Below, one piece after another: positions 62,164-64,000 of a stretch of DNA of 64,000 nucleotides. Source of the stretch: Eledone cirrhosa (Eukaryota). The notes under the pieces are model-generated. The model did not search any database, was not told the origin of the DNA, and was given only the letters and a program-made list of their open reading frames with translations. The stretch lies in the NCBI GenBank assembly GCA_964016885.1, contig OZ024757.1, positions 7,998,001 to 8,062,000 of the forward strand. The letters are read 5' to 3'. The position numbers and the translations under genes were made by a program. Position 1 is the stretch's first letter; every line of letters begins with the position of its first letter.

Positions 62164-62898
62164 CAGGGTGCGGACGATAATTATTCGCAAGATTACTGTC
62201 TAGGAAATAATAACACAGTAGTTTTGTTTTTTAAGATTTATTTATCAAACTTGGGTCAGTTTGTCTTCATGACTTGTTCTTTCAATCTCACTTGATAAAC
62301 CTGCCATTGGCTTAGATGACGGCCTCGAAACCGGCTACAGGCCTTCGTCACTGTCCCCTGACTTAGGCCCCTAAAGGCACTTATGATCCTGGTCAACGAA
62401 GTTCTCTGTCAGCCAGGCTTGGATCATTCGGCTGGTATGGCAGGGCGCTGAGTCTTGCTGCCATACCTACGGCCTACCTGCAGCTACCTGGTCCATCAAG
62501 GGCTTTACTACCTCGCTCAGAATGCGAATGTAGCCATCGGTGTTCAGCTTGAGACCCTCAGGGAAGCAGTCAGGTGGCGTGACGATACCTAAGACCAATG
62601 TTGTCGGTGGAAACTTTATCTGTATGACTCTGGGCACGTCTTTGGATGAGACAGCGAGCCACATGTTCTTCTGGGAGTTAACTTCTGGTCTTATTTGTCC
62701 TCTCGGCGCAGATTCCAAGAAGAACTCCGTGTCTCTGCCACAAATTTGGAGGTTCAAAATTATTCATAATCAATTATTCTGAAAATAAATAATGGAAATA
62801 TAGTCACTGTTTTTATGAGGACAAGAGTGACAACGGAGTAAAAAAAATTGGCATAAAATTAGCAGTTGAAAATTGCGACCAAATATCGTCCACACATG
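62164..62898 (-). mobile_element. Deleted Tc1/mariner (maT-like) transposon, third copy
   Basis: Same TIRs and transposase remnant. Confidence 0.8.
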
Positions 62899-62967
62899 TA
62901 CATATATATATCATATATACATACATATATATATACATCTATATTTATATATATATACATATATATT

Positions 62968-64000
62968 TGCAATATAGAGGAACAATGGGAATTCCTGAAA
63001 GCAAACTTGCTGATGGCAGCAGATGAAATCTGTGTCTGGAGCAGATCTATAGGCAGGAGGAGAGTAACATGGTGGTGGAACAGTAAGGGGGAGGAGTCAA
63101 TTAAGGCCAAAAAGCAGGCTTGGTAAGCATGGCGGGATGGGGGAAGTATAGAACACTATCTGGTGGCCAGGAGGGAAGCTAGGAGACAAGTGTACTTCGC
63201 AAGAAGGGAAGCAGAGGAAAGCAAGTTCAAGCATGTTCTACAACGCGAGGACCAAAAACGTGAGGTGTTCAGGATTGCTAGGCAATGTGTCAAGGAAAAC
63301 CGTGATATTTTCGGGGAGAAGTGTGTACTTAATGATGATGGCGTACTTGCCATCACTGACGCTGATAAGAAGGTAGCTTGGAAGTGTCACTACGAAAGGC
63401 TACTAAATGAGGAGAATAAATGGGAGAAAGACAGTTTCCCCCACATCGACCCAATAGAGGGAACAGCTACAAGCCTAGATAGGAGTAACAATAGAGGCAT
63501 TAAATTAATCGACCAGGTCATGAAGGTCACAGAAAAAGTAATAGTGCAACTAATCAGACAGAGAATTGATCTAGATGAAATGCAGTTTGGGTTTGTGTCT
63601 GGCAAAAGTACCACAGACGCTCTTTTCATTGTACGACAACTACAGAAGTACCTAGCTAAAAGTAAACCCCTATACTTAGGTTTTGTCGACTTGGAGAAAG
63701 CCTTCGACAGAGTTCCCCGTTCCATTATCTGGTGGGCTCTTAGAAAACTAGGTGTTGACGAATGGCTTGTGAGAGCTATACAAGCCATCTATAAAGAAAC
63801 AGTCAGCAAGGTTAGAATTAACAACGAATATAGTGAAGAGTTTAGCGTAAAAGCTGGTGTTCATCAGGGCTCTGTTCTTAGCCCCCTACTATTTATTATT
63901 GCCCTTCAGGCTATAACAGTGGAGTTCAAGACCGGCTGCCCATGGGAACGGCTATACGAAGATGATCTAACGCTCATAGCTGAATCAATGGCCGAGCTAG
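62968..64000 (+). mobile_element. RTE LINE, paralog of 28500-31028, running off the window
   Basis: Near-identical sequence with an internal deletion near 63468. Confidence 0.9.

Overview
AT-rich, repeat-dense animal genomic DNA, very probably octopus (inferred from the clustered KRAB-less C2H2 genes of the '[17 protein letters not shown]' type, RTE LINEs with (ATG)n tails and cephalopod-type SINEs). The window is a tandem array of roughly 16-21 kb segmental duplication units. Each unit carries a candidate non-coding first exon, a transposon-filled intron, one poly-C2H2 zinc-finger coding exon built from 84-bp repeats, and a shared downstream train of RTE, SINE and Tc1/mariner relics. Three long ZNF copies (1..2338, 18479..20341, 54944..57297) each carry a frameshift and/or an in-frame TGA. 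A fourth locus (about 38.7-42.1 kb) is rearranged into sense stub / inverted ZNF gene / sense tail and could yield an antisense or hairpin RNA against the family. Other notable items: a minimal hammerhead ribozyme motif in a Penelope relic, a hAT element with an 8-bp TSD carrying a 40-bp minisatellite, a 78-bp minisatellite derived from a dead zinc finger, PHD-finger-containing RTE ORFs, and several inversions with readable breakpoints. No clearly intact full-length gene or autonomous transposon is present. Most short ORFs in the supplied track are shadow or spurious ORFs. Repeat boundaries were read by eye and are approximate.
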